From the IMG/VR virus record IMGVR_UViG_3300027744_000008: a DNA stretch of 64,000 bases; one strand, given 5' to 3'. The notes beneath the pieces were generated by a model. The model was not told the origin of the DNA. It did no database searches and was given only the letters and a program-made list of their open reading frames with translations. Source of the stretch: a virus (taxonomy: Duplodnaviria > Heunggongvirae > Uroviricota > Caudoviricetes). Below, in pieces: positions 55,178-64,000 of the stretch; position 1 is the first letter of the stretch; the number at the start of each line of letters is the position of its first letter. The position numbers and the translations under genes were made by a program.

Positions 55178-58100
55178 ATGGCTAAACTAAACTCAGGAAC
55201 AAGAATATACGGAACGGCAACAGTTGATTCCACACTGACGCTACAGGACCTAGTGACATCTGCTGTCACGGCCAACATAGCAAATACCACATCAACAACA
55301 GTCAATGCGTTTGGTGTGGCCACTGCTATAAATCTTGCAGCCACAGCAGCCGCCGCAACTACACTGACAGTGGGATCATCTAGTAAAGATAATACGTTAA
55401 CTATCAACGGTAACAGCACCACTGGCACTGCCACACTAACATCAAATGTGACCACTGGTACAACAAGCATTTTTACCACGGGTCAACTTATTAGTATTGG
55501 TTCAACTTCTGGTACATTGACAGTTAACAATGCCCTAACAATATTCAACAGCACCAAATCAATACAATTACCAGTTGGCAATACAGCAGCCAGACCCACA
55601 GCAGCAGCTGGACAAATTAGATATAACAGTGAACTTAGCACATTTGAAGGCTATGGGGCAGCATGGGGCAGTCTAGGCGGTGTTAAATCAGTTGATGGAT
55701 TGACCTACATTATTCCGGAAACAACGCCAGGCGCCAGCAATGGTGAACTAGAATTCTACGCTGAAGATGCTACTGGTTTAGCAACTGTAAAGGTCGGCGG
55801 TTGGAATTACACACGATTATTGGTATCAAACACCACAGAATCAACTGCATATACAGACGGTGCTCTAATTGTATCAGGTGGTGTGGGCATTGCCAAGAAA
55901 TTATTTGTACAAGGTGCTGCCACATTCAACACTAGTATATCATCCGGCGGTAATATCACACTCACTGCTGCCACACCAACTATTAACTTTAATAACACTG
56001 CACCCACTATTGCAACCAATAGTTCAGGCAGTACTGCAAGTATATTTGATACTAATGTGACAACTGGCCAACTATTCAGTGCAGGTACATCAGTGACCAT
56101 TGGTGCTACCACTGGCACATTGAATCTACGTAATGTGACTATCACTGCGGCCAATGCCACTGCATTTAATATCAACGGAGCAAATCCAAGTATTGCCAGC
56201 ACAGATACCGGTACTGCCTCAGTGTTCAATGCCAACATTACTACGGTTAATTTTGGTCAAGCAGCAGATATATCAATGAGTGCCGTGGGAAAAACAGTCA
56301 CAGTACGAGGCGCTCTAACAGTCAATGGTAATACTACACTGGGTGATGCCAGTGGAGACAGTGTAATATATACTGCCAGCACTGGTACCGTGACAACTAC
56401 CCACGCTTTCACCAACAACGACGCTGGCACAAACACAGTAGTTTATCCAATTAAATTTGCACATACCCTATCATCGGGTACAGCCGCAGCGGGCATTGGA
56501 TCAGGATTCCAATTCACCGCACCAAATGCAAGTGGCAGTGCGATCGCAGGCGGCAGCATTGAAGCAGTTTCAACCAACGTAACTGCTACATCAGAAGCAT
56601 ATGACGTTGTTGTCCGTGCCTACACTGCGGGATCAAGTGGGACCGTATTAAAAGCCAACGGTACCTCACTGGAAGTTGGCGCAAGTAACACTAATACCAC
56701 TGTTAGATCTAACGGAACTGGAACACTAACAGTAACAGCTGGCACCACAGGTGCTAGTAGTGCTGGTGCAATAGTGACAGTCACCGGCGGTGCAGGTGGC
56801 TCAACTACTGGTGCAGGTGGTCAAGGCGTATTTAAAGGCGGCGATGGTACTACTTCAAGTGCAGGCGGAGTGGCCACACTCAAAGGTGGTGCAGCAGTGG
56901 GTACAAACATCACTGGTGCAAACACTGTAATCGAAGCAGGTAATGGTACTGGCACCGGCGGTTCAGGCAGTATTATCTTAAGAACAGCAGGTGCAGGTTC
57001 AAGCGGCGCAGTAGCAGATACAATGACTGATAGGTTGACTATCAGTAACACAGGTAATATTACTTTTGCCGGTGCAGTGACCATCGGCGGGGACCTAACA
57101 GTTAATGGAACTGTTACAACTATTAACTCAAGCACAGTTACCATTGATGATAAAAATATTGAGCTGGCCAGTGTTGTTGGGCTCAGTGGACTAACAGTTA
57201 CTCTAACCAACGGTAGTGCAACGGTCACATTCATTGGTTCAAGTACAACTACAGGTTTACTAGCGGGCCAAACACTAACAATCTCCACCACGCAAACTGG
57301 TAGTCCAGCATTTGCTGTTGGTGCAACTATTCAAAGTGTTGACAGTCTAACAGTGGTAACAATGACTGGTAATACCACTGGTACCAGTGGTAATGTAACT
57401 GTTAGCTCAAGCGGCAGTTCAGATGCCACAGCAGATGGCGGCGGTATTACAGTTAAAGGTGCCACAGATAAGACTTGGAGTTATGTAAACTCAACAACTG
57501 CTTGGACCAGTAATCAAAATATTGATGCTGCATCGGGAAAAACATACAAAATAAATGGTACCGATGTACTCAGCGCAAGTGCCGTGCTACAAAATTCAGC
57601 CACATCCAGTATTGGTGCAACAGGCAGTGCAGCCACAGTGAATATTGGATCTACTAGTAACAACAATATATTAAACATTTATGCTAATGGTACCACTGGT
57701 ACAGCCACACTAGGTACTAATGTAACCAACGGAACGGTCACTGTATTTGCAGGTGTGACCAACATTATTAATTACAGTGAAGCAGCAACTACTATTACCG
57801 TGGGCAATACTGCAACAGCGGCACAGAGTGTTAGCATGTTCACCGCCAGCACTGGTTCAAGCACCTATAACTTTGCCACAGGTGCTACACTCAATGGAAA
57901 TACCAAAGCCATTAACATTGGCACTGCCGGTGTAAGTGGAAGTACATCAAATATCAGTATCAACTCTACAGTAAGTGGCGCACTTGGAACTACAACGATT
58001 GGTGGTGCAACACTAACAGTATCAACCCCAACAAGTATTAACTTAGGAACTGGCACTAGTGCTCTTACTACAACCACAGTTGGCGGCGCTATCACAGGAA

Positions 58101-59602
58101 ATATATTAAAGATTGCCGGTGTCGCAGCGGGCATTGCTAATATTACAACAGATGTAACCAGTGGTACATTTAATATTGCTCAAAGTGTAACTGGTACTGT
58201 GGCCATTGGTGCAAGTGGTACTGTGCAATTAGGTACAAGTGCAAGTGTAACTACAATAGCACAAGTTGGCGGTGCCGTTGATGGTAATACCTTAAAAATT
58301 GCTGGTACCGCAACGGGAACTACCAGCGGTATTACAACAGATGTAACCTCAGGTACATTTAACATTGCACAATCAGTAACTGGAACAGTAAAAATTGGAT
58401 CTAGTGGCACTGTGCAATTAGGCACTAGTGCAAGTGTAGTAACTATTGCTCAAGTTGGTGGTGCCATTGATGGTAATACATTAAAGATTGCCGGTACCGC
58501 AGCGGGAACAACCAGTGGCATTACCACAGACGTAACCACAGGTACATTCAATATTGCACAATCAGTAACTGGTACTGTAAAAATTGGATCTAGCGGTACA
58601 GTTCAATTAGGAACTAGTGCAAGTGTAACCACAGTGGCACAAGTTGGCGGTGCAGTTGATGGCAATACCCTAAAGATTGCAGGCGTTGCTGCAGGTACAA
58701 CCAGTGGTATTACAACAGACGTAACCACAGGTACATTCAATATTGCACAATCAGTAACAGGCACTGTGAAGATTGGTCTAAGTGGTACGGTTCAATTAGG
58801 TACCAGTGCAAGCGTAGTAACTACAGCTCAAGTTGGCGGGGCTGTCACAGGTAATATTCTAAAGATTGCAGGCGTTGCTGCAGGTACTGCCAACATAACA
58901 ACAGATGTCACAACTGGTACATTTAATATTTCTCAAAGTGTAACAGGCACTGTGGCCATTGGCCTAAGTGGCACTGTACAACTAGGTACAAGTGCAAGTG
59001 TAGCAACTACTGCTCAAGTTGGTGGTGCCGTCACAGGCAACATATTAAAAATTGCTGGCACTACTGGAGGCACAGTCAGCATAAGTTCTGATGTGACCAC
59101 AGGCACTGTAAGTTTATTCACAGGATTAACCACAGCAGTAATGACTGTTGGTAGCGCCGCAGCAGGTACATTGGCCATAGCATTCAACAAGGCCAGTACA
59201 AGCACTACAACAGGTGCAGTGACCATTGCCGGTGGACTTGGGGTGGCCGGTGCCGTTAATGCACAGACCAAGAGCTTTATTATTAATCACCCAACTAAAC
59301 CTGGCAAACTGCTGAAACATGGTAGCTTAGAAGGTCCTGAATTTGGTGTTTATGTACGTGGTCGTTGCCAAGGCAAATATATTCAACTTCCCGACTACTG
59401 GCTAGGCCTAGTTGCTGCCGATAGTGTAACAGTTGATCTAACACCTATCGGCAGTCATCAGAAATTATACGTAGAAAAGATAGAAGGCGACAAGGTTTAT
59501 ATTGCCAACGATGCACTATTTGGTAAATCAGTTGACTGTTACTATACAGTATGGGGCGCACGTAAAGATGTGGCTGCTCTAGAGATTGAGGCAGATGAGT
59601 AA
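55178..59602 (+). CDS. Tail fibre protein (1474 aa) with a putative C-terminal intramolecular chaperone-like domain
   Basis: MAKLNSGTRIYG start, LPVGNTAARP...GQIRYN...FEGY motif, 63-aa repeats, C-terminal KSFIINHP...HGSLEGPE..VYVRG. Confidence 0.72.
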   Translation: MAKLNSGTRIYGTATVDSTLTLQDLVTSAVTANIANTTSTTVNAFGVATAINLAATAAAATTLTVGSSSKDNTLTINGNSTTGTATLTSNVTTGTTSIFTTGQLISIGSTSGTLTVNNALTIFNSTKSIQLPVGNTAARPTAAAGQIRYNSELSTFEGYGAAWGSLGGVKSVDGLTYIIPETTPGASNGELEFYAEDATGLATVKVGGWNYTRLLVSNTTESTAYTDGALIVSGGVGIAKKLFVQGAATFNTSISSGGNITLTAATPTINFNNTAPTIATNSSGSTASIFDTNVTTGQLFSAGTSVTIGATTGTLNLRNVTITAANATAFNINGANPSIASTDTGTASVFNANITTVNFGQAADISMSAVGKTVTVRGALTVNGNTTLGDASGDSVIYTASTGTVTTTHAFTNNDAGTNTVVYPIKFAHTLSSGTAAAGIGSGFQFTAPNASGSAIAGGSIEAVSTNVTATSEAYDVVVRAYTAGSSGTVLKANGTSLEVGASNTNTTVRSNGTGTLTVTAGTTGASSAGAIVTVTGGAGGSTTGAGGQGVFKGGDGTTSSAGGVATLKGGAAVGTNITGANTVIEAGNGTGTGGSGSIILRTAGAGSSGAVADTMTDRLTISNTGNITFAGAVTIGGDLTVNGTVTTINSSTVTIDDKNIELASVVGLSGLTVTLTNGSATVTFIGSSTTTGLLAGQTLTISTTQTGSPAFAVGATIQSVDSLTVVTMTGNTTGTSGNVTVSSSGSSDATADGGGITVKGATDKTWSYVNSTTAWTSNQNIDAASGKTYKINGTDVLSASAVLQNSATSSIGATGSAATVNIGSTSNNNILNIYANGTTGTATLGTNVTNGTVTVFAGVTNIINYSEAATTITVGNTATAAQSVSMFTASTGSSTYNFATGATLNGNTKAINIGTAGVSGSTSNISINSTVSGALGTTTIGGATLTVSTPTSINLGTGTSALTTTTVGGAITGNILKIAGVAAGIANITTDVTSGTFNIAQSVTGTVAIGASGTVQLGTSASVTTIAQVGGAVDGNTLKIAGTATGTTSGITTDVTSGTFNIAQSVTGTVKIGSSGTVQLGTSASVVTIAQVGGAIDGNTLKIAGTAAGTTSGITTDVTTGTFNIAQSVTGTVKIGSSGTVQLGTSASVTTVAQVGGAVDGNTLKIAGVAAGTTSGITTDVTTGTFNIAQSVTGTVKIGLSGTVQLGTSASVVTTAQVGGAVTGNILKIAGVAAGTANITTDVTTGTFNISQSVTGTVAIGLSGTVQLGTSASVATTAQVGGAVTGNILKIAGTTGGTVSISSDVTTGTVSLFTGLTTAVMTVGSAAAGTLAIAFNKASTSTTTGAVTIAGGLGVAGAVNAQTKSFIINHPTKPGKLLKHGSLEGPEFGVYVRGRCQGKYIQLPDYWLGLVAADSVTVDLTPIGSHQKLYVEKIEGDKVYIANDALFGKSVDCYYTVWGARKDVAALEIEADE
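58142..59080 (+). repeat. Five tandem 186-189-bp (62-63-aa) repeats
   Basis: ITTDVT(S/T)GTFNI units start at 58142, 58331, 58520, 58709 and 58895; protein nearly identical, third codon positions diverged. Confidence 0.92.
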
Positions 59603-60297
59603 TGGGAGTTAACTATAACGCTAGAGTTGTAACTCGCGGATTAGTATTATACTTAGATGCGGCTAATCCTGCAAGCCTTCCTGTAAACTCTGCAATATGG
59701 AAAGATTTAACCACTGTGGGGTATACTGCGTATATTCGAGGAACACCGACAACCTCAACGTCATGCGGCGGCGCAGTAACAACACCACAAAACCAAACTA
59801 CAACTTATGTTGAGTTGCCCGAAGCTGCACTCCAGGCTCTGCCCAATGGATTGACTTGGACAATGGAATGGGCATTGACTATACTATCGCATGACGGCAC
59901 ACGATATGGCCCGCATATGACAGTCTCCGGTGGTAACGATTTTAGCTGGCAGTGGTCAACAACAGATAGCCAGCTGTTTGCTAGCTCACTAACGTCTGGT
60001 ACAAATCCACCTTGGACACTGAATGTTCCTGCAAATTACACACTTACTAGAAACGACTCGGTTTGGAGAATATACAAGGATGGTGTATTTGCTGCCGAAT
60101 ATTCTTTATCTACAACTGATACTAGATTAATTCAGGGCTGGATATTAGACCAAGAAGCTGACGGATTAAAAGGATCATTTGATCCGGCTCAAAATTTACA
60201 TGCAAACTGGCACTACATTAAATTGTACAATAGTGTGCTAACAGATGCAGAAATTTTAGAAAACTTTATTGCATTTAGAGGACGATTTGGATTATGA
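59602..60297 (+). CDS. LamG-like domain protein
   Basis: GLVLYLDAANPAS...YNSVLTDAEILENF...RGRFGL. Confidence 0.75.
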   Translation: MGVNYNARVVTRGLVLYLDAANPASLPVNSAIWKDLTTVGYTAYIRGTPTTSTSCGGAVTTPQNQTTTYVELPEAALQALPNGLTWTMEWALTILSHDGTRYGPHMTVSGGNDFSWQWSTTDSQLFASSLTSGTNPPWTLNVPANYTLTRNDSVWRIYKDGVFAAEYSLSTTDTRLIQGWILDQEADGLKGSFDPAQNLHANWHYIKLYNSVLTDAEILENFIAFRGRFGL

Positions 60298-62072
60298 GTT
60301 TAGCCCACAGCCCCAGGATAGTTACTAGTGGATTGGTCTTAGCAGTTGATGGAGCCAACACAAGATCATATCCTGGTACCGGAACCACTTGGTCCGACCT
60401 AAGCGGAAATAATAACACTGGAACGTTGGTCAGTAGTCCAACATATAATACTAGTAATGGTGGAACATTAGTGTTCAACGGGTCAAGTCAAAATATTAAT
60501 ATAACAGATTCTACATCTCTGCGGGTCACTGATACTTTTACTATAAGTGCGTGGGTGTATGCCGTTGATTTATCCGGCAGATACGGCATATTTTCCACCA
60601 GATACAACAACACAGCCGGAAGTTGGCAACTAGAAATTGGAACTGCCAACGGCGGCACAGGCCGCGTTGCAGTCACTGGAGTGGGAACAACATGGATATG
60701 GGAATCAGGTAATTCAGTGGTTACTTCAAATACTTGGTACCACATATGCTTTGTAAAACCCAACAATGCAACCGTTGGAGGATCTATGTACATTAACGGG
60801 ACATTACTAATTCCACTACAAACCACAGCATATACTATTATTAATAATTCCGATATAAAAACAATTGGCAACGGCACCAGTAACGGACAATTTTTTCCAG
60901 GTGGAATTGCAAACGTCACACTTTACAATCGAGCACTCACAGCAGACGAGGTAGCACAGAATTTTAATGCTCTACAAGCCAGACCCCTTCAAAATATAAC
61001 GGTAATAACTCTACCACCTAGAATTCAATTGCTGTCCGGGACTACCTACGATGCTACTAACTGCGGTGCCGTTGTATCAATTGATGCGCTCACTACTGAG
61101 CCACTGTATTCTATCCTGCCAACAGCGGGATTCTTAAGATATACTATTGCTAAATCTACTGGAAATCAAACTATCACCGTTGCATATTTAAGAAGCGGCA
61201 CTACAATTTCACAGTCTGCGTTCTCAACATTGGGACTTGCACTATCCTATAGTACCGCAGTTAGTAGTATTCTATTTTATGTAAACGATGACCACGATTC
61301 GTTGTTCATGGATGCTGATGGTGCAGGGGTGATTTCTAGAACTAACACATACTCATTTACCTCCAATTGGGATAAATTCCGAGGAACTACTGAAGTTATT
61401 ACAAATTCAACGTTAAACAGCGTAGTCTTATATCCCTCATTTGTTGCAGCGAGCTCAACAATAGTGTCATTCCCTAAAACAACCAGCGGCGTCTGGATTA
61501 ATTTAAGTGCAGGTACGTATAAAGTTAATAATCTTACAGTTCAAACAATGCCCGCAGCTATGTTAGCATTGGGGACCGGGGCGCCAGCAAATTTTCTATA
61601 CACAATATCAGACGGTGTTAATCAATTTATTGCTGGAAGATGGGGCTCTGCTACAGCAGCATTATGCACTGTAGATCTTACCACTGGAATAATATCAGCA
61701 ACAGCCATTACCTATACAATTACACCAACTCAAACCAACGCTGCTGAAGAAGATGCAGTGGGAACACAGTTATTTGCAGTCGATGGATCTGTATCTTTCT
61801 TGTTTAATACTGCCTTCTATTACGGCGGCATACGCCCGTGGAAAGATCTTGGAGGATCTCCAGTCAGCATCACCGGAAAAACACTATTTCTCGCTGGTAA
61901 TAGCACACAAAGCGACATGGATATCTTTGGCTCTATTGATGCCAGTGATAGATATGTATGGTTTGCAGACTGGGGACATGATAACGGTGGTTTATTCAAT
62001 GTAGGTAACGACAGTCAACTGGGTGTAAGGAAAACCAATATTATTCATATATCTGATTCCTATACAAATTAA
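60294..62072 (+). CDS. LamG-like domain fused to an unknown C-terminal domain
   Basis: GLVLAVDGANTRSYPGTGTTWSDLSGNNNTGTL...YNRALTADEVAQNFNA, then about 360 unrelated aa. Confidence 0.75.
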   Translation: MSLAHSPRIVTSGLVLAVDGANTRSYPGTGTTWSDLSGNNNTGTLVSSPTYNTSNGGTLVFNGSSQNINITDSTSLRVTDTFTISAWVYAVDLSGRYGIFSTRYNNTAGSWQLEIGTANGGTGRVAVTGVGTTWIWESGNSVVTSNTWYHICFVKPNNATVGGSMYINGTLLIPLQTTAYTIINNSDIKTIGNGTSNGQFFPGGIANVTLYNRALTADEVAQNFNALQARPLQNITVITLPPRIQLLSGTTYDATNCGAVVSIDALTTEPLYSILPTAGFLRYTIAKSTGNQTITVAYLRSGTTISQSAFSTLGLALSYSTAVSSILFYVNDDHDSLFMDADGAGVISRTNTYSFTSNWDKFRGTTEVITNSTLNSVVLYPSFVAASSTIVSFPKTTSGVWINLSAGTYKVNNLTVQTMPAAMLALGTGAPANFLYTISDGVNQFIAGRWGSATAALCTVDLTTGIISATAITYTITPTQTNAAEEDAVGTQLFAVDGSVSFLFNTAFYYGGIRPWKDLGGSPVSITGKTLFLAGNSTQSDMDIFGSIDASDRYVWFADWGHDNGGLFNVGNDSQLGVRKTNIIHISDSYTN

Positions 62073-62837
62073 TAATATGACAATTATAAGAAATACAACT
62101 TTATCTAATGTAGCACAGAATTTTAATGTTATTTTTGGGAGATACGGATTATGAGCATAATAGTAAGTCCAGATCTGGTAGAAACTGGATTGGTCTTAGC
62201 AGTTGATGGAGCCAACACAAGATCATATCCTGGTACCGGAACCACTTGGTCCGACCTAAGCGGAAATAATAACACTGGGACACTAGCTGGTAGTCCAACA
62301 TATAATACTAGTAACGGTGGAACATTAGTGTTCAACGGGTCAAGTCAAAATATTAATATAACAGATTCTACATCTCTGCAGGTCACCGATACTTTTACTA
62401 TAAGTGCGTGGGTACATGCCACTAATTTATCCGGCAGATACGGCATATTTTCCACTAGACTTGATAATCCATCCGGAAGTTGGCAACTAGAAATTGGAAC
62501 TGCCAACGGCGGCACAGGCCGCGTTGCAGTCACTGGAGTAGGAACATGGATATGGGAATCAGTTGATTCAGTGGTTACTTCGACTACTTGGTACCACATA
62601 TGCTTTGTAAAACCCAACAATGCAACTGTTGGGGGATCTATGTACATTAACGGGACATTACTAATTCCACTACAAACCACAGCATATACTATTATTAATA
62701 ATTCTAGTGTAAAAACAATTGGCAACGGCACCAGTAACGGACAATTTTTTCCAGGTGGAATTGCAAACGTCACACTTTACAATCGAGCACTCACAGCAGG
62801 CGAAGTACAACAAAATTACAATGCCCTACAAGCCAGA
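60329..62837 (+). repeat. Near-identical ~650-bp duplication (60329-60983 and 62186-62837)
   Basis: Long identical DNA tracts in the LamG-coding parts of two neighbouring genes, with one 3-nt indel and clustered substitutions. Confidence 0.92.
62077..62154 (+). pseudogene. 25-codon remnant of a LamG-type gene (MTIIRNTTLSNVAQNFNVIFGRYGL)
   Basis: Ends in the family C-terminal motif QNFN...GRYGL; its TGA overlaps the next ATG (ATGA); 19-nt exact match to 60951-60969. Confidence 0.6.
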
Positions 62838-63470
62838 TACCTTCGAAATATAACACCACCTTTTGTAGGAGCACAATTTTCTTCTGCCGACGGGATTCTT
62901 GAAAGCACAATTACTGTTCCGGCAGGATCAACCGTATCGACTACATTATATCTTTGGATAGTCTTTGAAAACTCTAGCTTTGGCAGACCTGCTATTTCTG
63001 GATTTTCAATATTAACTAGCGGCAACGGCTTCCAAAGTGGATCTAACATCGACGGCCCACCTTCAACTTGGATACTTTATAAAGGAACAACTGCGCTTAG
63101 TAGTGTAACTATACCTAATGCTGCACTATTTGGAGGATTTGCAGCTACTATTTTAGGATTTAATTCAGTTACTAGCGAATCTACTTTAGTTTTAGGTAAT
63201 AACAGCGCCGTTGCCCTATCTATTCCGGTAACAAAAACTAGCTCACAAATTTCAGCTGTGCTATCTTGCTACAACATGGGAGTAGACATTATTGGTTCAG
63301 TGACACAAACTGGATTTACCACAACGGGAACTTATTTGCAAGCTAACGGAGCACCCGCCGGCCGTGGATGTGCATACGGACTGGATACTAGCACAGCTTC
63401 GTCAGGTACATATACTATTTCACCACCACCTGCAGCAGGATATTATTCTGTTAGAATTAACATCAGTTAA
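62151..63470 (+). CDS. LamG-like domain fused to a different C-terminal domain
   Basis: N-terminal ~230 aa nearly identical to 60294; unrelated C-terminal ~210 aa. Confidence 0.75.
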   Translation: MSIIVSPDLVETGLVLAVDGANTRSYPGTGTTWSDLSGNNNTGTLAGSPTYNTSNGGTLVFNGSSQNINITDSTSLQVTDTFTISAWVHATNLSGRYGIFSTRLDNPSGSWQLEIGTANGGTGRVAVTGVGTWIWESVDSVVTSTTWYHICFVKPNNATVGGSMYINGTLLIPLQTTAYTIINNSSVKTIGNGTSNGQFFPGGIANVTLYNRALTAGEVQQNYNALQARYLRNITPPFVGAQFSSADGILESTITVPAGSTVSTTLYLWIVFENSSFGRPAISGFSILTSGNGFQSGSNIDGPPSTWILYKGTTALSSVTIPNAALFGGFAATILGFNSVTSESTLVLGNNSAVALSIPVTKTSSQISAVLSCYNMGVDIIGSVTQTGFTTTGTYLQANGAPAGRGCAYGLDTSTASSGTYTISPPPAAGYYSVRINIS

Positions 63471-63486
63471 AAACTAAATATAATAT

Positions 63487-64000
63487 ATGGCAAACTTAGA
63501 CAAAAATATTGTTATTACTCCTAATGTAGGCAGTACAACAGCACAGCCCAACATTGTTTTTACCGGACAAAACGCCGTTCCTATCACCTTAAGGGTAACA
63601 GACACTGGCGCCCTAAGCTGGGAAGGATCAGCTGGACAACTTTTTAGTATCACCAACAGCTTAACTGGTACATTGTTTAGTATCAACGATATATCGGGAT
63701 TGCCCATATTAGAAATAACAGATACACCTGCAATAGTGACCTATGCACCAATATCGGGCGCAGCTGGCTCTACTTTGATGACTGACATCAGCAATTTATG
63801 TGACGGTGATAGAACTGTATTTGATATTAAATCCGAGCAGACAATTATAAGTACAACCTATATAATCGATAGTAAAGATCTAGAAGTCACTGTTAACGGA
63901 CAGAGACTAACACCTTACACACTACCACAGCCCAGCGCTTGGATGCCGGCATTTGACTGCTATTCCAGTAAGATGTTTAGGGTAAGAGAAAATCGGCTAA
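63487..64000 (+). CDS. Structural/fibre-associated protein, truncated by the right edge
   Basis: ATG at 63487, open to the end: MANLDKNIVITPNVGS...LSWEGSAGQLFSITNSLTGTLFSINDISGLPILE...; TAAATA at 63475-63480 upstream. Not in the ORF track. Confidence 0.75.
   Translation, partial: MANLDKNIVITPNVGSTTAQPNIVFTGQNAVPITLRVTDTGALSWEGSAGQLFSITNSLTGTLFSINDISGLPILEITDTPAIVTYAPISGAAGSTLMTDISNLCDGDRTVFDIKSEQTIISTTYIIDSKDLEVTVNGQRLTPYTLPQPSAWMPAFDCYSSKMFRVRENRL

Noticed and set aside
60329-62837. Diversity-generating retroelement template/variable repeat pair
   Set aside because: Differences include many C/T and other non-adenine changes plus an indel, both copies are N-terminal coding domains, and there is no reverse transcriptase in the window.
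2220-63707. Numerous 60-160-aa ORFs antisense to or overlapping the long genes
   Set aside because: Shadow ORFs produced by the codon bias of T/G/A/S-rich structural genes; no SD or recognisable motifs.
1-64000. tRNA, rRNA, integrase or transposase genes
   Set aside because: No cloverleaf or T-arm signatures in the intergenic gaps and no such protein motifs recognised.

Overview
A 64-kb, AT-rich segment of a large T4-superfamily myophage genome. It resembles RaK2-like jumbo phages in gene content and order (inference) and uses the standard genetic code. Left to right: (1) a minus-strand baseplate/tail operon ending in a giant ORF of more than 4,370 aa that runs off the left edge and is missing from the ORF track; (2) a plus-strand operon behind a perfect sigma70 promoter, with a gp55-like late sigma factor, gp47/gp46 (Mre11/Rad50-like), a small helical protein and a stand-alone GIY-YIG domain protein, followed by about 440 nt of densely base-paired non-coding sequence; (3) a gp26-like chaperone with a likely -1 frameshift, divergent from the tape measure gene; (4) the head module (portal, core, protease, scaffold, major capsid); (5) a long cluster of fibre, LamG and glycine-rich adhesin genes with recent duplications. 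The best candidate for an undescribed system is the minimal GIY-YIG protein plus its downstream large structured RNA (26358-27220). Also notable are two structured RNA leaders (37551-37626, 46090-46146), probable leaderless late transcripts, and a 25-codon remnant gene in the LamG cluster. All product calls come from motif recognition and synteny, not from database searches.
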